Assembly (NCBI GenBank): GCA_965637545.1
Contig: OZ281495.1
Coordinates: forward strand, 24,304,001-24,368,000
Reading direction: 5' to 3'
From: Phallusia mammillata
Lineage: Eukaryota
Length of the DNA stretch: 64,000 nt
The notes below the pieces were generated by a model. It was not told where the DNA came from and ran no database searches. It saw nothing but the letters and a program-made list of their open reading frames with translations. Position numbers and translations under genes: made by a program. Below, one piece after another: positions 46,673-59,700 of the stretch; position 1 is the first letter of the stretch; every line of letters starts with the position of its first letter.

Positions 46673-47770
46673 GTAAGTTTGTATGCATAGCGAATAAAGA
46701 CTTCGCAATCACCTTGAATGAAAACACAATTTTGACGGAAACACAATTTGACGTCGGGGAAATACACAAACTTTGTTATCCTTCGGGTGATTAAGGTGTT
46801 GGTAATACCACATCAATCAAATGGGTTGGTTCATTTCGCTATACACTATCCATATAATTTCATCACTGTCGGGTGAGAAGTTGGATCGGTATAATTGCCC
46901 TTTTCCGCCATGAAGAGTGAGAATCAGATAATTGGGGGCAAATTACAGTCACTTTATCCGACAAACGTACTCTGAGATCACACAATCGGTGAATGTACTG
47001 TCTTCCACAGATGATGACGGTAATTGGGAGATGGTCGATTTCTCTGCTGATTGGCGCTTTCATCGTTTCAAGTTCCACAGCAGCGAAACGTAAGCGATAT
47101 GGTTCTCTCTTAAAATTGAAACAATTTATTAAATAGTGCAACAACCGACAACGTTCGACACACACTAGTGATGATGATTATCTGTTAGTCTAAACAAATC
47201 GGCTGCACACAATCCTGTAACATTTGTGTAAAGACCACATTTGTATACATAGCCTATGTATGTTAGCATTTAGTTAGCCTAATTACTTTGCTAAACTGCA
47301 GATAAACCATCGAAAAAAAATCTTGTTTAAATCATGCTCATTCATGTCAATAAAAAATATTTACCACACGCTACAAAACGTAGAAAATATTTAATCGAAA
47401 AAAATCTCCTTTACGACGGGAAGACAAGTTAAAGCTTAGAGCAGTAGACCAATGATGATCGTGTCCCTTTTTTGACAATTGAAAATACTAAGAGTCAAAC
47501 CGTCAAGCTATAACAACTCGTTTAACCAATTTGATTCCTTTAGACTTTTCGGGCCCCAAACTAGCCTATTTCAAAATGTATCACAGCGAATCAACAAACA
47601 TTGACAAGCACAATTGACAGTCAATTTTGCATAGTGTTTTCAAGTTCTTTAAAGCTATAAGATTATTTTTCAGTGATATTTTTTTTTAAATTATGTTCTT
47701 TTCTATGTTGAATAGCCACAATGTTTTTATTGCGGGGAAATTCCCTGTTTAAGTTGGTTTTGTTTGCAAA

Positions 47771-50700
47771 ATGCAAACGCTCGCAATTTATTTTGTGATT
47801 TTGCGCTTTGATTCAATCCACTTGTTGAGTATGAATGTGATGTTTGTTGTTTGACCCAAAATATATCTGAAAAGTTGTAAACAATGGGGAAAAATAGGAA
47901 AACTAATTAATAGCTGTAAGTTTATTCTTAGGCCTCTTTATCGCTGTTTGTTTGAAGAGAGTCAGTTGAAAATACAAACGTTTATTTGCTTTTAGCAAAT
48001 GTCCAGGGAACATGTGGAGGAGAAATTATTGGCAGAAATGGAGGTGACATAGCAAGTCCTGGATTTCCTGATTCCAATTATCCCCCGTTGGCCGATTGTC
48101 AATACACAATCACAGCCCCAACCGATAATGTTGTTGTTGTAAGTGACCCAGCAGTAGTTTTTCAAGTCCTAGTTTTAGATATTTTATTTTTTTCAAGTTT
48201 TCTTCAACATATCTTGACCTCGAGCCAGAAGGATCTTTTGCTGAAGGAGAGGCATTGCAATGCTTTGACAAGATTTTAATTTATCGCACTGGCAATCTAA
48301 CTGACACACCGGATACATACTGTGGGAACAGCACAATTTACCCCACAGCAACAACCGGGAACAAGTTAATGTGAGTTTGCATAAAGCATTTATCTCAGTC
48401 ATGTTTCATCTTTGTATTACCTTGTTAACTTTTTTGTATATTTTGTTTCCGCTAAACAAAATCCTATGAAATAACAAGACACATTAGATAACTATTTTTT
48501 AACAACAATGTGTATGGTTTGTTTCAGTTTAATGATATCATGAACTATCTGTAAATCCAGGTAAAACTAAAATATAGTGCTTTCTTTAATATAAAGTGTA
48601 GTTGGGACCTCCAGGTAAGCAAATAAAAAAATATCTCATATTATACCACATTCTCAGTTTGCTTTTAATAGACAAAACATTTTTAGCATTCAACCTCAGG
48701 ATTCACAATATTATTCATTATCTTTTTTTGTTTCTAACTGCAAAACATGTTTCGCAGTGTTCAGTTTCAGAGTGACCAAAATACAGAACATGGTGGATTT
48801 GTTATCAATTGGTATGTTCTTAATCCACTAAATCGCAATCCTGTTTTTAACTGTGATTTTGATGGACCATTAGGATTATGTCCAGGTAGGTGCTTGCTTT
48901 TCTACTGGTTGCATCGGATAAAAAGCTCAATTTTATATTACCAAAATATTATTATTTAAAGGATGGACACAAGGTACTGCTGATGGAACTGACTGGTCCT
49001 TTGGACGTGGTCCAACTCCTTCAAGATCCACTGGTCCAACTGCGGACCACACCACTGGAACTGATGGTTGGTGTTATATGAGTGACTGTTGCACGTGCTT
49101 GTATTTAACATCTTGTGTCTAAAAACTATAGCAGGAAAATATGCATATCTTGAGGCCAGTGGAAAGCAGCGTGGTGCAACAGCTGTTATGTATTCTCCAA
49201 CTTTAATACTAAATGGTATGTTTAATTTATTTCTCAAATATTCCACAGTAAGTCAAAGTCTTCTTAATGCTGTCATCTATTGCAGAACAACCAGCATACT
49301 GTCTTGACATGTGGTACCACAACTCTGGTGAACACCGTGGATCAATTAATGTACTCCGAGTTTTTCAAAATGGTGATGGTTCATATTTACAAATTCTTGA
49401 AAACTTGGATCCTGGTTGGCAAAATGCCAGAGTTCCACTTCCTATCAGTGAACTGCCTATCCAGGTTTGGATGCTAAAAAAAGTTTTGAAAATATTAAAA
49501 TATTTTTGTCCCTTGGCAAATTTTAGGGCAATTAAGTTAATAATTTGCCTAATACTTGATTTACTTGACAAGTATGTGATTTGTACATAATGACATTTTA
49601 TGTGACTGGTCAAAAACCAAACCTTTACTTTTGCATTTTATTTGATAAAGATTGGAATTGAAGCTGTACGTGGAAGGGGTTACAAATCTGATGTTGCAGT
49701 TGATGACATCATGCTGCTTGCTGAAAACTGTGAAGAAAAAAATGCTACCGACTTATATGTATATGAAGGTTTGACATCAACCAATCTATTAAATTTCAGT
49801 TTCATGCAGAAAAAACACACACAAACTTATTTTTGCAGATTGCAGTTTTATCTGTTATGATGGAACATGCAAACCTCAAAACCAAGTTTGTGATGGATTG
49901 CCAGACTGTGATGAGGGAGAGGACGAACTTGATTGTCAAAGTTAGTTTTAGCAGGAACAGCACCTGCTTGGGTTGCTTTTTTCATAACTTTTGTTTTTTG
50001 GGTAAAAAGTAAGCACACAGTATTGTAATACTGAAAGTGACTATACTGAACAACATTTGACCTTTAGACATCATGGTCATTGAAGATCACTATATATATA
50101 ACAATAAAAACTTAATGGTGAAAATAACGTCCAAAACAGACAGCAAAAGCGAAATGCTTTATTTTTTAAACGTTTCAGCAAATGCTCATCCCAAAATAAA
50201 AACCTGAAAATGGAAAATATTTTCTAAGTATCAGAATCAGTCAATATTATTATGTGATGCTGATTCAAATTTTACATTTTTTGGAAGCAACTGCAGGATC
50301 AACCACGACAGAAGCCACCTCTTCTACCCAGATTTCCACAACCATATCTCAAAACTGTGAAGCGAACCTTGTATACATGCCATGTGGTTCAGCTTGTGCT
50401 CACACATGTGCTGATGGTGAGATTGCCCCATTGTGCACATTCAATTGTGTACCGGGGTGTTCTTGTCCTATTGACTTTCCAATCCTTCATGAGGGCAGGT
50501 TAGTACTGAAGTTTCATTATATTTATTAATGTTTCATTATACACTTTGTAAATTTACAATTTTATTTTTACCCTTAGGTGCATCACATATCAGGACTGCC
50601 CCGCAACAGCTCCCCCACAATTGTCAACTATGGTTCCAACAACAACACAAACACAGTCAACTCAAGCCACCACAGGTACAACAATACCCAAACTACTTCT

Positions 50701-53700
50701 TCTGATAAAAGACTGTAACACTTATTTCCAATTCTCAAGAAACTCCAACTACACCACCTGAACCACAATGTCCAGCAAATTTGGTTTTCAACTCATGTGC
50801 CAGCGAATGCAACCACACCTGCCGGGATGGAGACATACCTCCAGCTTGCACCAAACAATGTATACCCCGGTGTGCCTGTCCTGAAGCTCTTCCAATTTAT
50901 TATCAAGAAAGGTACAATACTTAGATTTAAATGGCACCAATAAAATTGCTCTCTTCAATGTTAAATATTTTTCTCCTAGGTGCATTGCTCTTTTGGATTG
51001 TCCTGCCCTAGAAGCTGTAACAGGGATTTCTGTGGATGCACTAACGATAAACAGTGCAAATGTGACTTTCCCAGTGGTTGCCACTGCTAGTTCATTTCGA
51101 ATCATCATTAACCTGGTTTCTAGCTCTTCACTTCTAAAGGAAATCAACTATCCCAATAACAAACCAAATGTTTCTGGGAGTGTTATTATTAAACTCAGCA
51201 ATCTTCTTCCAGGTATTTTTTAATGGTCAAAACCTTCCAATTTTATGATTAATGTAGAAAGTAAAACAAATACCAAGAACATAACATTATTGCGTATTTT
51301 ACAGAAACACAGTACTCTGTTCAAGTCTTCAGTGTGAGAGGAACTGAACAAGTGCCATCAGAAGTGTTTTTGTTTTCCACTTTGCCTTTGCCAACGGAAC
51401 CTCCTTCCACAACTACAGTGCAGCCTACTACTGGTATGAAGCAATGGATTTACACCATATATTTTAAGACTACACAACCATTGATGCACATGTTTTACCA
51501 AAAATGATATTGACAGTTTCTGAGATTTTGAAACTTTTAGCAGAAAAATAAGCTGCCTAAATAAACTTTTACTCTTAATGATAGTTTGCATTTTTTTTTA
51601 ATATGATTTTGTGATTGTGCAGATAAGTTAAAAAAATCTGATCATAAACCTTGATAACAATGGCATGTTTCACAGAAACAATCATATCTACTGCTACTAC
51701 GCTTGCTACAACAACTTCTACTGTAGCCACAACAACAATACTCACCACTACACGAGAAGCAACAACAACGACAGAAACCACCACTGAGGCTGCACCTGTC
51801 AGTTTAGGTAAGACAATGGTGTTTGCCATTGAATGGTATTAACACCATCCCATTGTAAATCATTTTTATAGGTTCCAGCTCTACACCCAAGTGTATACAG
51901 GATCTGCAAACTGCCTTGGAATCTGTTTCTTCTGACCCAAGCATGTTTAACAGGCTTCCGGAGTGCACTAATGATGGCTTGTACAGGTCACAGCAGTGCT
52001 ACACAGATACAAATGAGTGTCACTGTGTGGTAGAAGAAACAGGCCTGGAGATACCAGGGACTAGATTTGTACAAGGCAGTGCAGAACCAATTGACTGTGC
52101 CAGTGAGTAAACACCCACCTTGCGTCATAAAAAATATATCTGGTCTATCAAAATGTGGTGTTTCTGCAGATCTCACCCAATGCCAGCTCCAATTTAAAAA
52201 CACTGCTGTCTTTATTTTTACCAATCCTAACATTGCTGATGGTCCAACTTATCCTGATTGCACTGTGTCAGGACTATATGCCCCCACCCAGTGCAATGGG
52301 CTAACTGGGGTATGCTGGTGTGTCATTCCTGAAACTGGAGCAACAATACCGCAAACAGAAAAAAGCAGTCGCCAATTGCTCGACTGTTCAAGTAAGTGCT
52401 TGTCCTAATTGTTTATCATGAAAAATGGTTTGTCACCTTTTACAAACCTTACGTTGTAATTTTTGTACTTGTAGGTCTTACAAAGTGTCAGGAAAAGTAT
52501 CTGCAAACTGGTCAACAACTTGCTTTGAATCCTGGTGCAGCAAACACCCTAACTTACCCCAATTGCTCAGAAAATGGTTTGTTCGCTAGAAAACAGTGTA
52601 ATGGATTTACAAACCTGTGTCAATGTGTTGTGGAAGAAACTGGTGCAGTTATTCCAGGCACTGAAAAACAAGATGTTAATATTGATTGCTTAGGTGAGTT
52701 TTGCGACTTCTAGTCTATTAAAGTGCACTTAAATTTGTTTTCTAGTTTTACAATTTTAGGCTATTTTTGCTAATGCTAACATTTTGTATTGCAGTCCTAA
52801 CCAAATGTCAAACTGATTGGCATCGCTTGTCACAAATCATTAACACAATTCCTGCCAGTATACCCCATGGACTTGAGTTGCCAGAATGTGATGCAGAAGG
52901 CTACTTTGTTGCTAAACAGTGTGAAAAGGAAACAGACATTTGCTGGTGTGTTGATCCTAAAACAGGAGACATTGTGCCACAATCTGGAAGTGAGCCTGGA
53001 CAAGGAAGCCAAGTGGACTGCTCAGGTATGTTTGATTAATAATTTTGGATACTTAAACTATAACAGCTAATAGGCAACTTATATGTAGATATGTTAACTT
53101 TGGCAGTAGGTCTGTTTTTCTGCTATTTACTTCTTAAGTCAATAACAGAAAAATCATGGTTTTTAAAAATATTCTTTCAAACAAGTGTCAAAACATAAAT
53201 AAAATGATTCGGCCCTTAAGATTAGGTTTAACACTATAGTTTTTATTTTTACAATTTCTACGTTTTTGGCAGGGACCACCACAGCTCCACCAACTTCCAC
53301 TATAGAAAGTACTACCCTTGATACAACCTTACAAGTTACAACTACCTCCCACACAACCACTACTATTTCTACTGTGGCAGAACCTGTAACTACTTCCACA
53401 CCCACCACATTAGAAACTTCAAGTTCCACTCCAGAAACAGATGCAGTTGTTGATGGTACAGGTTTTTACTGTCAATATGGCAACAAAATATGTTTTTTTT
53501 TCTATTAAATAAAGTTTTTTCAAAAGGCTGCTAAAAAAAAAAGTATTACTATAAACTATACCAAGAGATCTTTATTACAAAAAAGTTTTTATTTTTTTGA
53601 TTTTTATTGCCACAAACCATTAACATTGATTCGGGTGTTTGTTTTGGGCAGCTTTATCTTGCTTATCATATAAACCATTTGCAATTAAATTAAAAGTGTC

Positions 53701-56700
53701 AAAAGTTTTTTAAGGCCACTTAAAATCAAATGAATGGTTTGCACCTTTTTAAGATTTTAGATGCCCCTCAAATGTTTTTAAATGAATATATTATGTATTA
53801 TCATTGAGAATAGTCTGATACCACATGTAGCATACATACATACAAATTTCAGAGTCATGTGGACCAGGTAACTTCACTTGTGGTAGTGGCGAATGCATTT
53901 CACTTTTTTACATATGTGATACTCTTCCGGATTGTGAGGACGGGTCTGATGAATCAGAGGAAACTTGTAATAACTTTGCAGGTTTGTTGTAAAGTGAAAA
54001 AAATGGTTTGTCACAGTCAGTCAATAAAGTTATCTTTTTATTTTAGCATGTGATTTGGGGCAGTTTGCCTGCGGGGACAAATGTGTACCATTTACGGCAC
54101 GCTGCAATGGAACACTGGAATGTTTGGATGGCTCAGATGAGCTTAACTGTCAATTGCTTGGTAAATTAATCCTAAATATAATACAAAGAACACTGCTGAA
54201 CCCAATAAAAAAAATCATTGCCTGTAGACCATTGTGTTTTACTATTCATGAAAACGACCTGTTTGTTTCAACTTAGGGGCAGGTCCACCGATTCCGATGG
54301 AAACAACAACATCTTCACAAACAACTACCAGCACAACAGTGCCAACAACCCCGAAACAACAAACTTCTACCACATCACCTACATTTTCTTTTGAAACCAG
54401 CACTGAACAAGCAATTACTTCAGGTACCAATTAAAAATCACTGAAGAATTAAAAATACATACTATAAAATTTTCATGGTGCAATAGGTTGATCAGACTTT
54501 ATAGCAATTGTTTGCAAAAAATTAATAGTGCTTTTTACAAGGTGCTTTTAACTAGTTATGTTTCCAATTAGCTTGTTGTAATTAAATTAACAAAATGTTC
54601 AAAAAAGGAGCGGGAGTATTTTTTTACCAAACCTTTTGTAAATGCCAATTTCTTAAAATTGCCTTTTGTCTTGGAAAAATAATTTGTTACAGATTTTCTT
54701 GAGAATATACTTGGTATGATTTAGTAATAAAATCGCGTTTTTAATCTCAACAACTGATTTTTGGGACTTTAGCATTTATGGGATGCAATGAAAAGTTTCA
54801 AAATACCATGATGATGTTGAATTCAAATCCAAGCCTTTTGGACACACTTCCCTTGTGTGATAACAATGGATTGTATATGCCACAACAATGCAACACAATG
54901 ACAAATATGTGCTGGTGTGTTGTCAAAGAAACTGGTACTATCATTCCAGCAACAGAATTTTCACAGGACAGTGGGTCACAAATAGATTGCTCAAGTACGT
55001 TTTTTAATTATGTTGTTGTTTCACTTAACTAAAGAAAAGTTTATTTTTAAGATTTGTCCGAATGTCAAAAGGAGTTTGAAAAAACAGCAAAGTTCATGTT
55101 CGAAAATCCAGAAATTGCGGATGGACCAAATTTTCCTGATTGTACACCAAATGGTCTTTTTGCACCAAAACAATGTAATGCAATGACTGGTGCATGCTGG
55201 TGCGTCATTCCAGAGACAGGCGACACAATTCCAATCACTGAGTCTTTTGATGGACAAGCTCTTAACTGCTCTGGTATGTTCTTCAACTTTTATTTATTTA
55301 TTTGTGTTGTGTTATCCACTGTTCCAATGTACAACATTTTTGGAAACTTAAAACTTGCTGAAGTGCTTGTGTTTCATTCTCTTTTTCCATTGTTTATCAT
55401 GCACTGTACTAGTCGCATTCAGTGCCATTTACCCTGATGAAGGCAACCTGTATAGGACGTCGAAATAAAAATACGTTTGCCAGAAGAGCTCTATAAACTT
55501 GATATTATGCCTGGCAGCAATAGCTTATATATTAAAACTTGCTGAATGTTTGCATTTTATCAAAAGGGGCACACTTTCCACACTCCTACTTATATTTAAT
55601 CTATTTTGTGGTTCAAACAAACAAACAAAAACAGAAAACTATTCCATTATTTATACAACATTTTTGGTAACTAAAATTATTGTTTTGTTTTTTTCAGATC
55701 TGACCAAATGCCAAGAGCAATATAAAAAGACCGGTCAATTTATTGCTTCAAACCCCACCATACAAGATGGGCCAACATTTCCAAAATGTTCAGCAGATGG
55801 AAATTTTGTGTCAAAACAGTGCAACGGGTTAACAGGTGCATGTTGGTGTGTTCTACAGCAAAGTGGCACTGCTATTCCAGGAACAACCAAACAGGATGGA
55901 TTGAATGTCAACTGTTCAGGTATTTTATTTGATGGTATTTCTAGTTAATATTGCAACTGTTTAAAATCTGCTCTTTTGATTTTAGATCCAGGTTTCTTTC
56001 AATGTATTTGGCCTAACTTGGTCATTTTTTTATTTCAAAGCTCTTTTTGTTTTGTCAATCCCCTCTTTTTTATACGTTTATATGAACAACTCATGGTTTA
56101 ATTTTAGAGCTGACAGCATGCCAACAGCAGTTTGAAGACATAGGAACATTCCTCAGTGAAAATCCAGACCTAATGGATGGTCCAAGTTATCCTGAGTGCA
56201 ATTCCAAGGGTGAATACCTGCCAAAACAATGTGATGGGTTTACTGGTGCTTGTCGCTGTGTTGTGCCTGAAACAGGGGACACACTACCGGGAACTTTGCT
56301 GGATGGGGAAAGTGGTTTTAACTTGAACTGCTCAAGTAAGTAGTGATGTGTGACAAGTGTTTTTGTCAAACTGAACATTGGATAAAATTTGTTTCAATAA
56401 ATGTGTAAGATATTAATGTTTTTAAAAGTACATGAAACTAAACAAAAATGTGATAACTTAATAAAAATATTTGCTCAAAAAAAATTCTTGTCATTTTTAC
56501 AAAAACATCCTTGAATCTTAAGTTTATTATGATTTTCCAGTAAGACAAAAGCCTAAGGCTATTGATCACTGAGTCTGTCTTTATTTAATTTACTTTTTTA
56601 GCAGTTCCTTCGAACAATGTTGCTATTGCAAATGACTAAAACTTAACTAAACATCTTGTTTTTATTCTTTAGCACTTACCAAATGCCAAAATGCATATCT

Positions 56701-59700
56701 CGAAACCAGTCAGTTTATCCACAACAACCCACGCCTTCAAGATGGGCCTGATTTACCAATTTGCACTGATGATGGTTTGTATGCTCCTCGCCAATGCATC
56801 GGATTCACCAATGTCTGTTGGTGTGTTGTTCCTGCAAGTGGGGATCCCATCCCAGGCACTCAAACACCGCCAGGGCTTGGGTTTAACTGCTCAGGTATGT
56901 CAAAGTTAATGCCTAAACCAAACGATTTACTAATCCTTCACAGAAATGTGTTGGCTGGCTTAAATTAGATTGTTACACTGATCAGTTGTAATGTTGAATG
57001 TCCCAAATGCCACTCATACATGCATGACTATAACTCAAATGTATTTGATTTTTTACTTGTGCTTGGGCAGTTTGTGTGAAATTTTTGCAAAAAAGGCTTT
57101 TCTATTACTTAAAGCTTAATCATATTAGACCAATGTGCAAACAAGGCTTACATTTGGCTATAAATTTTTTTAATACCAGTGTTAAGAAAATTGTGCATGA
57201 CATTGCCTGCTCACGGCATTTATTCAAATATTGCATGTTGTATTGATTCGCAGCATAATCAATTCTTTTGTAACTAACAGCGCTAACCATATGCCAGCAA
57301 CTGTACGTGAATGTTGGCAAGTTCAAGTTTGAGAACCCTGAACTTGCCAAGGGCGCTGAATTTCCTGCATGTGCCGACGATGGCATGTTCGTTCCCCGTC
57401 AATGCGAAAGCAATGGCGAATGTCGGTGTGTATTTCCCGAATCGGGAGATGAGATATCGGGCTCTTTAACACCACCCGGTGGTCAGCTTGACTGCTCAGG
57501 TAACGAAGTTTGGTCAACCACCCCGTTTGTGTTTTATATTGTATTTCCACTATTTAAACCCATCGCCATTAAAAACACTAAAAGTAATAAGTATTTCTGC
57601 AAACGTGCACGAATGTTGTTGTGGCACAATATTCCCAGAACGATGTTTGTTGACAATATATACTTCATTACAAATATGACTATTATTTTTGCCCGTTTAG
57701 CCTCTTCGGCGCATCTTTACAGTTAAATGTCAACTTTCTCACGTAAATCGATATGTGATTTTTGTCATAAACAGAGTTTCTTACCCCTGAGCCGCCAGTA
57801 AAATGCGGTGGAGTCTTCCGCATGCAATCCGGCTTTTTTACCTCCCCCAACTATCCGGACACATATGCAATCACTGATGGGTGCGACTATTCAATCATTC
57901 GCAATGACACGGCGCAGTATATTGAGCTGTACATCGACGATATGGAGTAAGTTCATTTACAATGTAATAAAACAGCCCGTCAAATTTCACAGTGTTATCA
58001 ATTTGAATCGGCATTACATGCGCTGTTGTAAGTGGATACACATCCCACACAACTCAAAGTGTAGTCATCGCCTCAGGGCTTGAAGGACTCATATACTCCC
58101 AGGACGCTTGGTCCAACCTCTGATAATGGGTTCACTTTGTCGCCAGCCACCTCATAAAAGTTGATGTATAGCCACAGCACTTGCTGCGTTGCCAAACTCT
58201 ACTGGACACGTTTTTCGAAGGCACTTATTAACCACTTCCACGTAAATGCGACGAAAGAACGCTATTCCAACCGGTGACATTAACATCACATTTTTTTCTG
58301 ATTAGCAAAGCTCCGCATCGCATAGCGGACCACAAGGCAAACCTTATTGGATTTAATTTAATCCGATATTTTCCACTGTCAGTTGTGCTTTGTGTAATCT
58401 GCTAGCTTTAAATACCTACACTGTAAATTTGTTTAGCTTTTTCTTGCTTATTTAGAAATATTTGCTTGCCTGTAAAGGCTAGCGTTCATTTTCAAAGACC
58501 AAACAAAACGGTCTATTCAGCTATAGCAAATCCACATTAAAAGTGTCATAGCAATTTCTTAAATTTTTGTATTTCAACAATCAGGTTGGGAAAAATTGGA
58601 CCCCGTGGGACTTGTATCGAAGATCGCCTTGAGATCATAAGCAGTGAACGAACGTTTTCCTTTTGCCAAGCTTCGCCTCCACAGTTGCAGCTACAGTATG
58701 GCTCTGACGTCACAGCTCGCCTCGTACCTGGCCCACAGCCAAGTGTCTATCGAGGGTTTTCTATTCGCTACAAATTTATGTGTAAGTGCGTTTACTTAGT
58801 ATTCAAAAAGCATTTATCAATTTCCCTAATTTATATCTCATGGCCTAACGCAGTGGTTCTCAACCAGGGCCTATGGCCCCTCAGGGGGGGCACGAGCTGT
58901 GTTCCGGGGGCCCACGGGTGTAGATTCACCAGAAACACCCACTAAAATCCATTTCCTTTTTAACTTTATTCCCTAATTTAATCGATTATTTCACATTCTA
59001 TTTCTCTATATTGAGGTTTTTACGATTACGGATTCTTGTTTATTCTATTCGACCTGTTTAAAGTCAAAATTAGTACCGAATTCCAACAGGAGATTGCCAT
59101 TTACATTTTTAAGGGGGTCACAGGTCCTACAGGGTTACTTTTAGGGGGCCACGAGGTCTAAAAAAGGTTGAGAAACACTGCCCTAACGCAACAGTCATTG
59201 ACCACGAACGTATGCGAATTTTAACACGTATACGTGCGCCGTTGTTTTCCAAGGCGCTTACAAAGTGGTGTTCATAACACTCTATATAAAAGTGATTCAT
59301 CATCCTTTAATATTGGCTGGTAACTGAATGTGCTGACCTTATAGATTGCGACATTCCCGATCAACGATTTTTGAGCACCTCAAATTGTGATTCTACATGT
59401 GACGACCTTGAGCCACCCTGTGTGCGTATTATGGTTGAGAGATGTGTTTGTCCGCCGGAACGATATGTTTTACACGAAGGAAGGTAAGTCAAGCTGGTCT
59501 TGTGTTTAATATTTAAGTTATACGTCCATATACTTCTACCAAGCAGTTAAACTTGTCTAGTGGCATTTACTTCGCTCTACCTCCAAGTAAATCCACACCA
59601 TTTAAGGATAGGGTGTGATCTGTGAACATACAAGTACTTGCGTGGGCTCGCGTATGGCCTTTTGAATTTATGTATTTAGAGGTGAAATGTCATCATTTAC

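Noticed and set aside
51872-57499. Calling the TY-repeat gene thyroglobulin
   Set aside because: Repeats are interleaved with CUB/MAM/LDLa/mucin domains; no type-2/3 repeats or cholinesterase-like domain are visible in the window.
58060-58330. GC-richer intronic tract in the mucin gene
   Set aside because: No ORF, TIR, TSD or RNA motif that I could support; probably a repeat fragment.
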